A DNA stretch of 64,000 nt. Origin: Octopus bimaculoides (taxonomy: Eukaryota). This document shows positions 11,465-23,769 of this stretch, one piece after another. How positions within the stretch are numbered: position 1 is the stretch's first letter; the number at the start of each line of letters is the position of its first letter. A program made the translations under genes and the position numbers. Location of the stretch: contig NC_068988.1 of NCBI RefSeq assembly GCF_001194135.2, positions 9,045,950-9,109,949 of the forward strand. Direction: 5' to 3'. A model generated the notes under the pieces. The model did not search any database. It was not told the DNA's origin and was given only the letters and a program-made list of their open reading frames with translations.

Positions 11465-11939
11465 GGTATAAGTTAGAGGTGTTTAAAGACACACTTCTTA
11501 TTGTTATTTTTCCTCCATTTTCTTATTGTCTATACAGACATATATACATACATATACATATATACATAAATATATATATATATATACATATATATATAAC
11601 CTGTTAATTGCATTTGTATTTGTGTAACATTTCTCGTTTTTTTTTTTTTTTCCGTCCTTGTTTGCGTATACATTCGCTGCTTTCTGTCAAGGAATCTAAT
11701 GCTCTTAGCTTATTTTTTTCCTTGGGGCTGGCCAGATTGGAGCAATCTCAAGTATAACCAGCCGAAATTGCAAAGATAATCTGGAAATCGACTGAGGAAA
11801 GAAAGCTCAGATGTTTTGTTGTCCCTTTCTTGTATCACCTAACTGTCTGGATATTTTGTGTTCTTGTCCCAGTTTTGTATTGTTTATATGCATATATAAA
11901 TATATATACACATACACACACACATACATGCATATATAT

Positions 11940-12050
11940 AGGCACATGGCGTAGTGGTTAATTGTGTTGTACTTATGATTATAAGATTGTGGTTTCAATT
12001 CCTGGACCAAGTGATGCATTGTGGTCTTGAGCAAAACACTTCATTCCACA
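11940..12050 (+). mobile_element. SINE family D head fragment
   Basis: tggcgtagtggtt (A box) ... ggtttcaattcc (B-box-like) ... cttgagcaaaacacttcattccac. Confidence 0.7.
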
Positions 12051-12854
12051 GAATCCAAGAAACCAGCCTTATGAGCCTATGGTGAGGGAATGACCTTTGA
12101 CCATTTTATATATGTATGGAAGTGGTTAGGGCCTGTGTGGGGCCCAGTTGAACTCTGTGTACAGATTTGTTTGTTACCAAAGCCATTGTTTACAATGAGT
12201 GAACGGTGACGGTTGTTTGCTGTCTTCTGTGAAAGCATGTCCACACTTCACGACATGTTGCAAAATCTTTGTAAACAATCTCTGTAGACAATTTGAACTA
12301 AACGGTGACGGTTGTTGCCAGTCCACTGCGTAAACATTTCCAGGATGTTCCTTGTTTTGATATAACAAAAGGGGAATTGAAAAAAAACATGGAAGATGTT
12401 TGATTAGTGATTTTTGTTTAACACTAGGTCAGTCACTACCACTGCAATCTAGCAGAGCACTACTGATCACAGACCTTCTAACCACGACCACCTTATTTGT
12501 TTTATCTTATATACAGAAAACCCAGTACCACATGAAGCAATTATGCCACATGTTATTTTCTAGTGTGCAGTTCAAAAAAGATTTAGCTGCTGTTTCTAAC
12601 AGATTCTCATGACCACCTAGAGACTCATGTTTCCTTGGTGGGGGGGAAATGTTTTAAAAGTTTAAGCACAAAAATAAATTTCATATACACTTGTGGTGTT
12701 GGATTAGAGCAGATAAACAGCGGGTAGATGGCGGGGGGGGGGGCTGCAGACATAGATTGGGTTTTGCATCTCTCACCACACTCCCCCTCTCCCACCATCT
12801 CTTTCCAGCAATTTTTCAGATAATAGATGGTTAAAAAAAGTAAAATGGGTGCAT

Positions 12855-12998
12855 TTATGCATGTATGTGCGAGTTTATATATATATATATATGTGTGCGT
12901 GTGTGTATGTGTGTGTATATATATATGTGTGTGTGTGTATATATATACACGCACATATATAAACATACCCAACAAACATATATAAGCACTTGTGTACA

Positions 12999-13040
<42 letters not shown>

Positions 13041-13839
13041 TATATATATATACATATATACACGCACACACATATAATATATATACACACATGAACACAT
13101 ACAAAGATGTGTATAAGTTAATCACAAGAGAGAAAGGGATTTATTTATTTATAAACACCGAGTGCTGTGAGGATTTGGCCACAGAGAAGTTATTTATACC
13201 TATCGTCATCATCATAATCACCATCATCGTTATCACCACCACCACTGCCATCATCATCATCATTTTGATTACCATCATTCCTCACCATTTCCAAAGCCAC
13301 CGCCACCACAACTACTATTGTCATCATCAACATCACAACCATGATCAGAACTACCACCACCACCACCACCTTCATCACGATAACCCTCCCCACCACTGCC
13401 ATCATCATCATCATCGTCGTCACCGTCAGTAGCAGTAGCAGTATCTGTGTACATCTCCACTCTAGCAGTGGTATGGAATTCTAACTTATAAGGAACTGAC
13501 TGGCGAAGCTGCTGCTTGCTTTTAAACAGATCTGTAGAGAGAGTGAGAGAGAGAGAGGAGGGGGAGAGAGTGAGAGAGAGAGAGGAGGGGGAGAGAGTGA
13601 GAGAGAGAGAGTGTGTGTGTGTTAGTAATAGGGTGGGAGAAGGGAAAGACAGAATGAAGAACTGGAGGGGAAAGAGCCGTAATCAGAAAGGAAGACAACA
13701 ATATGAAGGTGTATTCGAATGAAACAGTCTCACTCTCACCTCTGTGAGTGTGCCTGCACGACCCCCACATACACACACACACATATACAGATACACATGC
13801 ATACACATATCTCTGGTTTCTTGTATGCATGTATGTATG

Positions 13840-13917
<78 letters not shown>

Positions 13918-14189
13918 TGTATGCATACATGCATAGGTGTAGGCATATAGTACACCCACACAAGCAAATACAATATTCCCTCGTATATAAACACATTGGT
14001 ATATGTATTTCTCTGCTTCTCTCTTACAAATGTGTGTGTGTGCACATACATATATATACACACACACACACACACTTAGTGAATTCTAACAGGAATAAAC
14101 TGCTATATAAATATAAGATCTATACAGATAATACATTCGCAATATATAATATATAGTTCCAAAAATTGTAGGTTGTATACACATTCATT

Positions 14190-14264
<75 letters not shown>

Positions 14265-14320
14265 CATATATATATATACACACACACACATATATATACA
14301 CACACACACATATACACACG

Positions 14321-14352
<32 letters not shown>

Positions 14353-14370
14353 CATAGATGCACATATACG

Positions 14371-14402
<32 letters not shown>

Positions 14403-14600
14403 CACATGGACATAAATAGGTAAAAAAAGATGGAGGAAAAAGCATTTGTATATACATTTAAACATAAACCTGATACCAGTGTGGTTATACATAACCATAC
14501 ACACACACACACACACACACAAACACATACACGGACATACACATGCAGAGATATCTATATAGATAACACACACACACACACACAAGCATAGAAATACTAA
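12855..14600. repeat. Dense field of (TA)n/(CA)n/(CAT)n/(GA)n microsatellites
   Basis: Directly visible; source of the many YI/HT/CV pseudo-ORFs. Confidence 0.95.
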
Positions 14601-14639
14601 GAACCTTGTTAATATGTAGGTGTTGTTGAGAAGTAACTG

Positions 14640-14972
14640 TTAGCTATTGAGTAGTGGTGAGAGGTAGAGAGAGAGTGAGAGAGGAAGAAGAAGGGAGAGA
14701 GAGAGATGAAGTCAGAGAGTGACGGGGGAGAGAGACAGTAAGAGAGGAAGAAGAGGAGAGAGAAAGAGTGATGAGAGAGAGGAGATAAAGAGAGAATAAG
14801 TGTGAGAGAAAGGCAGAAAAGAGAGAGTGAGACAGAGGGCAAAAGGGAGGGAGAGAAAGAGAAGACAGAAAGAGAGAAGGGAGAAGTGGGAGAGATGGTT
14901 AGAAAAGAGTAGGAGAGAGGAGAAAGAGAGGGCAAGAAAGAGCAGAAGACGAAGGAAGACAAAGAGAAAGGG

Positions 14973-15003
<31 letters not shown>

Positions 15004-15050
15004 AAAAAAAAGAGAAAGAGAGAGAGAGAGCGAGAGAGAGAGAGAGAGAG
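14640..15050. repeat. Polypurine (GA-rich) tract
   Basis: About 400 bp almost only A/G on the plus strand. Confidence 0.9.
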
Positions 15051-15526
15051 GTGTTTAGTGGTTATGAAGTTTACAGGAAGGACAGGGGGTGGGATGGGGG
15101 GAGGAATGGGGTAAGGATTTTGTTTAATTTCTATAATTTTTTTTACAGCACTTTTTTCTTTTCTTTTCTAGTTGTGTAAATTTTTATTTTCTTATTTTCA
15201 TCTTCCTTGCAACACACAATCTGGCTTCCCAGTTTGTTAAAAGCTTTGATACAAAAGCAAGAAATCAGTTAAGACTCGCAGAAAAGTCTGCTGGAATGGG
15301 GAGAAGTCTTAATTTACCTTTTCTTGTTTTGTTTTTTTTTTAAATTAGAAATTTTTGTTTTGTTTTGTGTTTTGCATTGTTCCACTCATTCTATATCACC
15401 ATTATCACCGACTTAGCCTTTCATCATTTCAAGACTGATAAAGTAAATACCAGCCAAGTACTAGGATCAACGTAATTGACCTACCCTCCACCCCTGAAGT
15501 ACTGGCCTGGTACCAAAATTTGAAAC

Positions 15527-15562
<36 letters not shown>

Positions 15563-15589
15563 CATTATTATTCAGCTTCACCTTGCTGG

Positions 15590-15930
15590 AACATGTGCCG
15601 GTGGTATGTGAAAAATAACATTCGAGCGTGGTCATTGTCAGTGCTGCTGGACTGGCACCCGTGCAGGTGGCACATAAAATGCCCCGTTCAAGCATGGTCA
15701 TTGCCAGTACCACACGACTGGTCCTCGTGCCAGTGGGACGTAAAAAACACCCACTACACCCTCGGAGTGGTTGGCGTTAGGAAGGGCTTCCAGCAGTAGA
15801 AACTCTGCCAGATCAGATTGGAGCCTGGTGCAGCCTTCTGGTTCGCCAGTCCTCAGTCAAACTGTCCAACCCATGCCAGCATGGGAAGTGGACGTTAAAC
15901 GCTGACAACATCGACGATGATGATGATGAT
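15590..15930 (+). mobile_element. Family C (RTE 3' end) with tandem ~65-bp subunits
   Basis: gagcgtggtcattgtcagtg...gtggcacataaaa repeated, then cactacaccctcggagtggttggcgttaggaagggc...ggacgttaaac + (GAT)n. Confidence 0.88.
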
Positions 15931-15934
15931 TATG

Positions 15935-16053
15935 AAGGCAGCAAAATGGCAGAATTGTTAACATGCTGGACAAAATGCTTAGCAGTATTTCACCCATCAC
16001 TATGTCCTGAGTTCAAACTCAGCCAAGATCCACTTTGCCTTTCATCCTTTTGG
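15935..16053 (+). mobile_element. SINE family B, 3'-truncated
   Basis: aaggcagcaaaatggcagaattgttaac...gagttcaaactc...ctttgcctttcatccttttggg, then an abrupt break. Confidence 0.75.
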
Positions 16054-16319
16054 GTAATATAAAAGGAGAAGGGGCTCTATACCCCTTTTTTATTTCCTAA
16101 CCAGGCTCCCGTGGCTTTTATGGGTTTTTTCACGTGTAACCTTCCAAAGCGCCTCCCCCTATTGGGAGTTTTATTTGTTATATCTTTCTCCGTTTTCTTC
16201 CTCTGTTTAGACGAACGTTCCTACCTTTTCGGACAAAACCCATAGTAACCTTCGTCCTGTCTTTGTCCTTACATGTTTTTAACTTATATTAGCCCTTGTG
16301 GCCAATAAAACAAGAATCA

Positions 16320-16352
<33 letters not shown>
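16054..16352 (+). mobile_element. Short LINE 3' end (Tx1/L1-like tail family)
   Basis: Pyrimidine-rich 3'-UTR-like sequence ending agcccttgtggccAATAAAacaagaatcaa(TTA)n. Confidence 0.65.
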
Positions 16353-16353
<1 letters not shown>

Positions 16354-16759
16354 GCACCATTATTATTTTGGCTTTACTCTCTTATTAACAATGAATGAAA
16401 GCTGGAAAGCTGAAAGGTATGGAGACAGTCTGAAGCACGAGAGGAGGAGGTCATGGGGGGAACGGGGTAGGAATAGTGCAAATGATCTGTCTTTGTTGAA
16501 ACAATTGTAAAGTCGATGACAGATAATGGAGGATGTAAAGTTTGTTGCATTAATTACAGAAAAATCGTCACCGTCATCATCGTTATTATTGTCAGCCATC
16601 ATTGCGATTGTTGTTGCTGTCATCATTCGTGATGACAGATGCACTCTAAAGAAGAAAGGTGAATAAAGAAATATATGATATATGAATAAGCAAAATATGT
16701 TGTAGTGTAAACATGTTTGATATCTTTTTTCACCATGAAATTTGAGAAACAGTGACGGG

Positions 16760-16910
16760 ACTGATCCGTGGCTGTGCGGTAAGATGTCTGCTTTCCAACC
16801 ACAAAGTTACAGGTTCACTCCCACTGCATTCCTCCCTCCCACCGGCAAATGTCTTGTACTATAGCCTCAGCCCGACCAAAGCCCTGTGAATGGATTTCGT
16901 AGACACTCAT
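16760..16910 (+). mobile_element. SINE family A head fragment
   Basis: gtggctgtgcggtaag...ggttcactcccactgc...ccgaccaaagccctgtgaatggatttcgtagac. Confidence 0.72.
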
Positions 16911-17121
16911 GTGTTTCCCTTCCATTCCATTCCTACGCCAAATGATAACACATTGCTAAATTAAGATTCACTCGTTTTCATGGGTTAACCATTTAAACTG
17001 ACCCCTCAAGATACAATTTTACCTCTCATGTAATTTCATTAAGATAATTACTCGTTTCTCAGTCTGTTTAATTTCATTATTACCATTATTTTCGTTCCCC
17101 ATACCATGTACCCTGTCACAC

Positions 17122-17242
<121 letters not shown>

Positions 17243-17951
17243 TATATATACACACAAGTGTCTTGCTGAAAGGGCACAATATGATGCCAGGAATTGAACC
17301 CACCAACCTTACAGTACTGAACCAAATACCCAAATGACTAAGCCACGTGTCCCCCAATGTTGTAGAACTCATGACTATTGATAAAAGAAGTTCAACTGAA
17401 CAAGTTCCTTGTTGTAATGAAGTCAGTGAAGTCAGACATGCGGTAATGGTGTCTTTATAGAGCACATGCTTCACCATTTTATTTCTTTATTTTTTTTCAG
17501 TTCCTGTCATGATGGGAACTGGTGCACACTTGTGTGCTTGCTGTTTAAACATTTACCAGAAATTTTAAATCCAGGAGGATTTTTTGTTGCACTTTATAAA
17601 AAGTAAATATACTCAATAGAAAATTGCACAACATTACGCTATAAGACCACATAGAGTTGAACTATAGAGGCAACACTTAAGTCTGGGATGGGGAACCATT
17701 TTTAGCACTGGAGATAAAATACAAAATCACAAGCACTCATAGGGTTACATCTGTGCTATGACAAAATAGTGAGTCATTAGATTGACATATTTAATTTTAC
17801 CAGTAAAGAGAACAGGTGTATAAACATCAAAGAATGAATCCATAGCAATTAAGCAATCAATTAATAAGACGTCGTTAAACTCCAATACATTATTACATTG
17901 CAGTGAATCCAGATGAGAGAGACTTGTGCGTATATACATGATCAGCTAAAA

Positions 17952-18187
17952 TAACCGTTTTGCTTTTAAACAGGCCATATCCAGCCTAAATGTTCTACCT
18001 GTTTTGTGTTCAAACCAGCTAGGTTTGGCCTTTCACACTTACCTGACAATGTCTTTCTAAAAAATAAACAATCACATTATTGAAATCTCAAAGCTATGAG
18101 ATAATGCATGATTAACTTAAAACAATATGAATGAATAAATAAACATTACATTTGACAGGTTAATTAATCTGAATGCTAAAGGCTTAA
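17952..18187. mobile_element. Probable TTAA-type (piggyBac-like) MITE, degenerate
   Basis: Left end taaccgttttgctttt and right end gaatgctaaaggcttaa are imperfect inverted repeats of a TTAA-CCCTTTAGCATT-type terminus; ~236 bp, no ORF. Assignment partly from recall of an octopus repeat. Confidence 0.5.
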
Positions 18188-18394
18188 ACGCAATATATTT
18201 AGAATAAAAACAGAAAAGCTTATATTTCCAAGAGAGTTCATTACTTTAGTTGCATGTACCATTTTTTTCTGAGAGTTACATATGAGGAAAACGGGTGCAA
18301 AATATATCCAGCATTGGATGTGAAACCCCCTATCTGTGAGTAGGTAGTTCATCCAGCACCTTATTTGTTCAACCATTTTTTTCGAGTCAAAAGA

Positions 18395-18789
18395 GGTCAG
18401 GTCAGGTCAGGGGTCATGTGTTGTTGCAGCTCAGTGATGCATGACACATGTCCCAACACCCCCCAGATGGCCTGTCCTGCAGATTCCCAGTCAGTCTCCA
18501 TCTTCATGAGATTATTCTTCATCTGTCATGAACAGGTGGCATGTGGTTGACCGAAATGAGCCATCCCCATCCAGATACTCAGTGAAGACAACATGGTAAT
18601 CAGATTCTAACTCGGAAAATTGAGCAACATGGCCAAGAATTCTGAGCTGGCATTCCTGAATCACTTAAAGAACAGGATGTGTCCCAGTTTCCAAGTAAAT
18701 GGTAAATGATCATCCTGCACAGCTTCCTTGTACCAAAGGAGTACAGATGAGCTCCTAAGGGCCCTGGACAGTGTCCAAATCTCACAATT
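18395..18789 (-). mobile_element. RTE-clade LINE 3' fragment, degenerate
   Basis: Across frameshifts the minus strand gives CEIWTL / LYSFGTRKLCRMI / RECQLRILGHVAQF, the RTE C-terminal motifs (CETWTL, LDSFGTRxLRRI, QLRxFGHVAR); ends in a (CCTGA)n tail (ggtcaggtcaggtcagg at 18395-18411). Confidence 0.72.
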
Positions 18790-18874
18790 ATAGATCAGGA
18801 CAGGGAGGAGCAGAGACCCAAAGAAGTTAAAAGTAGGAATGGAATGGGGAAAAAAAGAACATTGTGAAACTTAC

Positions 18875-19578
18875 CGTTGGGGTGAATTCCGGCGCTTTGT
18901 CCATTGCATTCATAATGCCATCGGAAATAACCCTGTCTATATTTTTCAGTACAGATTCCAAACCACTTGGTCCAACCATATAGCGAGTAAGTTGGCGCAA
19001 CAACCGAACAATTTCGTCCCACTCATAGCTGACCTCCATTTGTTTGCTGAAGCAACTGTGCATGACATCTTGGCAGAAATCCTTGCAAGGTTTCACACCG
19101 ACATGGCCCTTGCATTGAGAACAGAACAACATCTGGGTAATTCCTTTCTTGCAAGTTTCTTCTGTATCCAGGTGGTTTGTTGCGTTTATGGTGTCAGAAA
19201 CTACAGAAAGAGCATGAAGGTAGGATCTGGCAGCCCACAGGACTGTGGAGAGCTCATGAGCCATTTTACGAGAGAAGGTACCAAACGGTTGTGGGTGCAA
19301 ATGACGACGCAACTTGATGAGGCAATCGTTGAGTGATTCTTTGTAGTTGGTCACCGTTGGATCATTGACAGCATATCGGAAAACAAGAGGCAAGAGCTGG
19401 TCGAAGAATTCGTTTACAATGATGGGAATTTCAACTTGTCCCTGCTTCACGTAATCAAACAAACTTGCAAAGAGCTTGTTCACTGGTTTGTGGTGCTCAC
19501 TCCAGGGAATTCGATATATCTCACTCAAGTGACCCATGGTATTCTTTTCTGAATTTTTAATCAGGGCCAAAACATCAT
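18875..19578 (-). CDS. Glypican internal coding exon (GPC3/GPC5/dally-like exon 3 equivalent); gene continues outside the recognised sequence
   Basis: Minus-strand translation (D)DVLALIKNSEKNT...LNDCLIKLRRHLHPQPFG...AARSYLHALSVVSDTINAT...CKKGITQMLFCSQCKGHVGVKPCKDFCQDVMHSCF...WDEIV...LESVLKNIDRVISDGIMNAM shows the glypican C-x7-C-x2-C-x7-C-x3-C-x6-C pattern and PFG motif. Acceptor ttttttttcttttcttcaacAG (AG at 19580-19579) and donor ACG|GTAAGT (GT at 18874-18873). 704 nt, phase 1 in / phase 0 out, as for the ~0.7-kb exon 3 of vertebrate GPC3/GPC5. Paralog assignment is inference. Confidence 0.93.
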
Positions 19579-19789
19579 CTGTTGAAGAAAAGAAAAAAAA
19601 ATATTTAGAATAATAAAAATGAAAATTTTGTGTCAAGGGAGAGTATTTATCCCAATATAATTTAACACATGCACTGGTATAAACAAAATTTGTTTCAACA
19701 CACAAATTCACATAAAGAATCTTGCAAACCAAATACAAAAACAAAGATAAAATATAGCACTTTTAAATAAAACACAAACATACGTGAAA

Positions 19790-20100
19790 TCGTGATGGCA
19801 CCTGTGCCCAGTGTTGCCTTCCTGGCACGTGTAAAGACATTCGAGTCAGATCATTGCCAGTGCAGGTGGCACATAAAATACACCATTTTGAGCATGGCTG
19901 TTGCCAGTACCGCCTGACTGGCCTTCGTACCGGTGGCATGTAAAAGCACCCACAACACTCTCGAAGTGGTTGGCATTAGGAAGGGCATCCAGCTGTAGAA
20001 ACTCTGCCAAATCAGATTGGAGCCTGGTGTAGCCATCTGGTTCACCAGTCCTCAGTCAAATGCTAGCATGGAAAGCAGACGTTAAACGATGATGATGATG
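19790..20100 (+). mobile_element. Family C (RTE 3' end)
   Basis: gatggcacctgtgcccagtg...gtggttggcattaggaagggcatccagctgtagaaactctgcc...gcatggaaagcagacgttaaacgatgatg. Confidence 0.9.
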
Positions 20101-20339
20101 AAAGAATTAAAAAAAAAAACCGTCTTCCAGCAAGATTTGAACTTGGCATGCAAAGGTTGGCAACTAACTAGTGTAAAATATTTAATGTCAATGTTGTATC
20201 ATCTCTGCCCTCTTGTAGTAATGCATTAAGCGTAATGCTGTAAAGACTGAAACGAAAATCAATGCACAACTGCATTTGCCAGTCCTTATATCAATAGTAT
20301 CACCCTGCAGACTTTCAATAATGGTTCAAAAGACTTTCG

Positions 20340-20354
20340 GAAATATGAAATATC

Positions 20355-20385
<31 letters not shown>

Positions 20386-20656
20386 ATGTATACACACACA
20401 CACATACACATATATACACACAAACACATATATATATACTTTGATACATATGTACACATACCCAATATATGTGTATATATATACGCACACATACCCATGC
20501 ATACATATACACATTCATACATATGTAAACATGTCCTTATATATGCATACAAACCCATAAATACACATATATCTACATACATACATCAATATCTATGTAG
20601 ATCTATCTTTTTATACACACACACACACACACATTCACAACATATGTAAACATACC

Positions 20657-20690
<34 letters not shown>

Positions 20691-21020
20691 CATGTGCATA
20701 CATACCTCTACATACACACATATCTATATACATACATGCATACATCAATATCTATGTATAGCTGACTTTTTATGCACACACACACACACACACATATATA
20801 TGTATATGCAACTTTCTTTCTCTTTACACACACACATATACACACATTCATACATATATCAATATCTATCTTTTTATACACAGACACACACACTCATATA
20901 TATGTGAAAGATGCATATACACATATATATATATATGTATATATATATATGTGTATATGCATCTTTCTCTCTTTTTATACACACACACACAGGTATGTAT
21001 ATCCATATATATATATATGC
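20340..21020. repeat. Cryptic CA/TA low-complexity region with a repeated module
   Basis: atcaatatctat...tttt(t)at(a/g)cacaca recurs near 20585, 20745 and 20859. Confidence 0.75.
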
Positions 21021-21559
21021 AATCTATCTATGAGAGAGTGAAGAGAAATGAAAAAAAAAGAATAAATAAAATAAAAAACTCAAATAAAACCAATATGAAG
21101 TTTTGTCCAATGGAACCTTTATTGAATAAAAGAAGTGAATAGTTTTTATTGTTGGTCGGTTGTGCCAATATAGTAGTACCAAGAAATAAAAGAAAAATAA
21201 ACAAAGAGTGCCAATATGTTACCAAAAAAAAAAGAAAAAAAGAATCATGATTGAGGTTAAAGAACTTTCATGATGATTTCTTTCAATAACGAAGATTAAT
21301 TTCTATAAAGGAAGAAGAGTTCTGACTTTATAGATATTGCCCCTCCACCCTGAGTCAGAGAAGAATAAAATAAAATATTAAAAAAAAAGGAATGGTTAAG
21401 AAAGAAATGGTTGTGGCACTGTGTCGTTCAGCGATGAAAATCCAGTTTCTTAATCAATTAAATTGCCAATATATAAATGCAGGGTAGCCATGTATATTCG
21501 TTAAAGCGATACACTTCTGCTAGTTCTTGGCATAAAAATTACTTTTCCACTGTCTCAGC

Positions 21560-21870
21560 TACCCACACATAGTCATGGGTAATTTTTCCCCCTTTTCTTG
21601 TTCTTCTGTCTTGCATGTTGCTTGGTGACCTCACTAGTGCTGGTGCCACAGGGAAAGCACCCGAAACACTCAGTAGACCGGTTGGTGCTGGGGGAGTAGG
21701 CATCAAGCCATACAAGTTATACCAAAGCTGACTTTGGGGTTTGATGCAACCCTGGGGTTCATTAGATCCCATCAAACTGTCCAACACATGTGAGTGGATA
21801 TCATCATCATTTAACATCTGTTGTCCATGCTGGCATGGGTTAGACGGTTTGACCAGGGCTGGCAAGCTGC
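21560..21870 (-). mobile_element. Family C (RTE 3' end), diverged
   Basis: catcatcatttaacatctgttgtccatgctggcatgggttagacgg preceded by reverse-oriented internal segments (gtgccacagggaaagcacc, ccaaagctgactttgg). Confidence 0.65.
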
Positions 21871-21889
21871 ACCAGGCTCTGATTTAAGA

Positions 21890-21930
21890 GAAGGAAACTG
21901 AAAGAAGCCTGTCGCATGTATACATATATC

Positions 21931-21967
<37 letters not shown>

Positions 21968-22110
21968 CAGTGTGTGTCTCTCATCACTGCTTTACAACTG
22001 AAGTTGGTGTTTTTCTCCATGTCACTTAGCGGTTCAGCAAAAGAGACTGACAGAATAAGTACCAGACTTGATATAAAAACAAGTACTGGTGTTGACCCCA
22101 TTTTGGCAAA
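21890..22110 (+). mobile_element. SINE family A fragment running into a gap
   Basis: ggaaactgaaagaagcctgtcg...cacttagcggttcagcaaaagagactgacagaataagtacc. Confidence 0.75.
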
Positions 22111-22734
22111 NNNNNNNNNNNNNNNNNNNNNNNNNNNNNNNNNNNNNNNNNNNNNNNNNNNNNNNNNNNNNNNNNNNNNNNNNNNNNNNNNNNNNNNNNN
22201 NNNNNNNNNNNNNNNNNNNNNNNNNNNNNNNNNNNNNNNNNNNNNNNNNNNNNNNNNNNNNNNNNNNNNNNNNNNNNNNNNNNNNNNNNNNNNNNNNNNN
22301 NNNNNNNNNGTTTTAACTATGTGGCGCAGAAGATCTGAAGAACACAGCAGAGATTCGGTGATGCTGTTTATGTGGGAAAATCCTCTTCTTGGAAGAGGAA
22401 GCTTATTACACTACTTCTCAATTCATCCTTTGAAGGTCAGTGCTGTTAATTTGGTTCCAACTTTAGAGTTGGAAGATTAAAAACCATTTCTCTGTTAGGA
22501 AATGAAAAAAAAAGAAGCAAAAACAAAAACAAAAAAAAACAAACAAACAAACAACAGAAATCCATGACTATTTCACATGGGATTTGAAGAATGTAAAACT
22601 GAAAATGGTAAACATGAAGTAAGGCTGGGTTCTGCAAGATGTAAATTATGATTTACATGTGTAGTACTATGCATGAATGCATGCACATGTAATATATATG
22701 CAACTGTGTGTGCATGTGCACATGTATGTATGTG

Positions 22735-22772
<38 letters not shown>

Positions 22773-23109
22773 TATATACGTATGTTTGATATCTACAGTG
22801 TATGTAATGTTAATATATAACAGTATGTAGTTGTTGCATAGACACAATTGCTCCTAATACACACACATACAAAGCGTGTGTGTGTGTGTGCATAAATATG
22901 TATGTATGTATAGGCAATTCAAATAAACAAAAAAAATATTTAAAAAAAACAGAGTACAAAATGGACATGGAGAATTGCACAAGAAATATATTAATTTGAT
23001 GCTCGGTGAAAGGAGAGAGAGTTGTTAATGTTTCGAGCACATCTCTTTGTCGGAAAGAGAAAAGCCCAAAGAAAAATAAGGAAAAATAAGGTAAAATCAC
23101 CAACAATCT

Positions 23110-23198
<89 letters not shown>

Positions 23199-23441
23199 AG
23201 TACAGAAAGAGAGAGGGTAGGTTGGAGGGAGGGAGAGTGAGAGACAAACAGACAGACATGCTCACAATATGCTATCACGTTCCCTAGTCTTTGAAATCAG
23301 ACACTTGAAGGTTACAATAAATGTCTTTCAATATCTCCTCCCCTCTCAGAATTCTCACGTAATAGCATGCATGCACCCAAACACCAATTTGGTTTTTGCA
23401 CACATATTAGGACATGGTGCTGTCTTTTTCTGTGTTTCTTG

Positions 23442-23477
<36 letters not shown>

Positions 23478-23769
23478 GGAATTTGTTTCTAGTTTGTTTG
23501 GATTGACAACCAGCCAAGAAAATAAATAAATAAAAGACACAAATAAACAAACAAAAAGAAAAAAGCCACAGAAAATAAATCCCAGTAATGTACTAACGAG
23601 TTCCCGCAAGAACCTTTTCTAATGCAGCCAACCTTCTGCTAACAAGGTGAATGCTGACAGAAAGAGCGAGCATTGGTAAAAACTGGTGATGCTTTTGTCA
23701 TTAGGTGAAGACTAACAACGGGTGTCACCAATGTGGTTGTATGCTTGTGGCTGCTTCTGTTCAGCTGCA

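Noticed and set aside
18827-19744. The full 305-aa ORF as the protein
   Set aside because: 19579-19744 (AT-rich, includes the polypyrimidine tract) and 18827-18874 (past GTAAGT) are intronic; only 18875-19578 is glypican-like.
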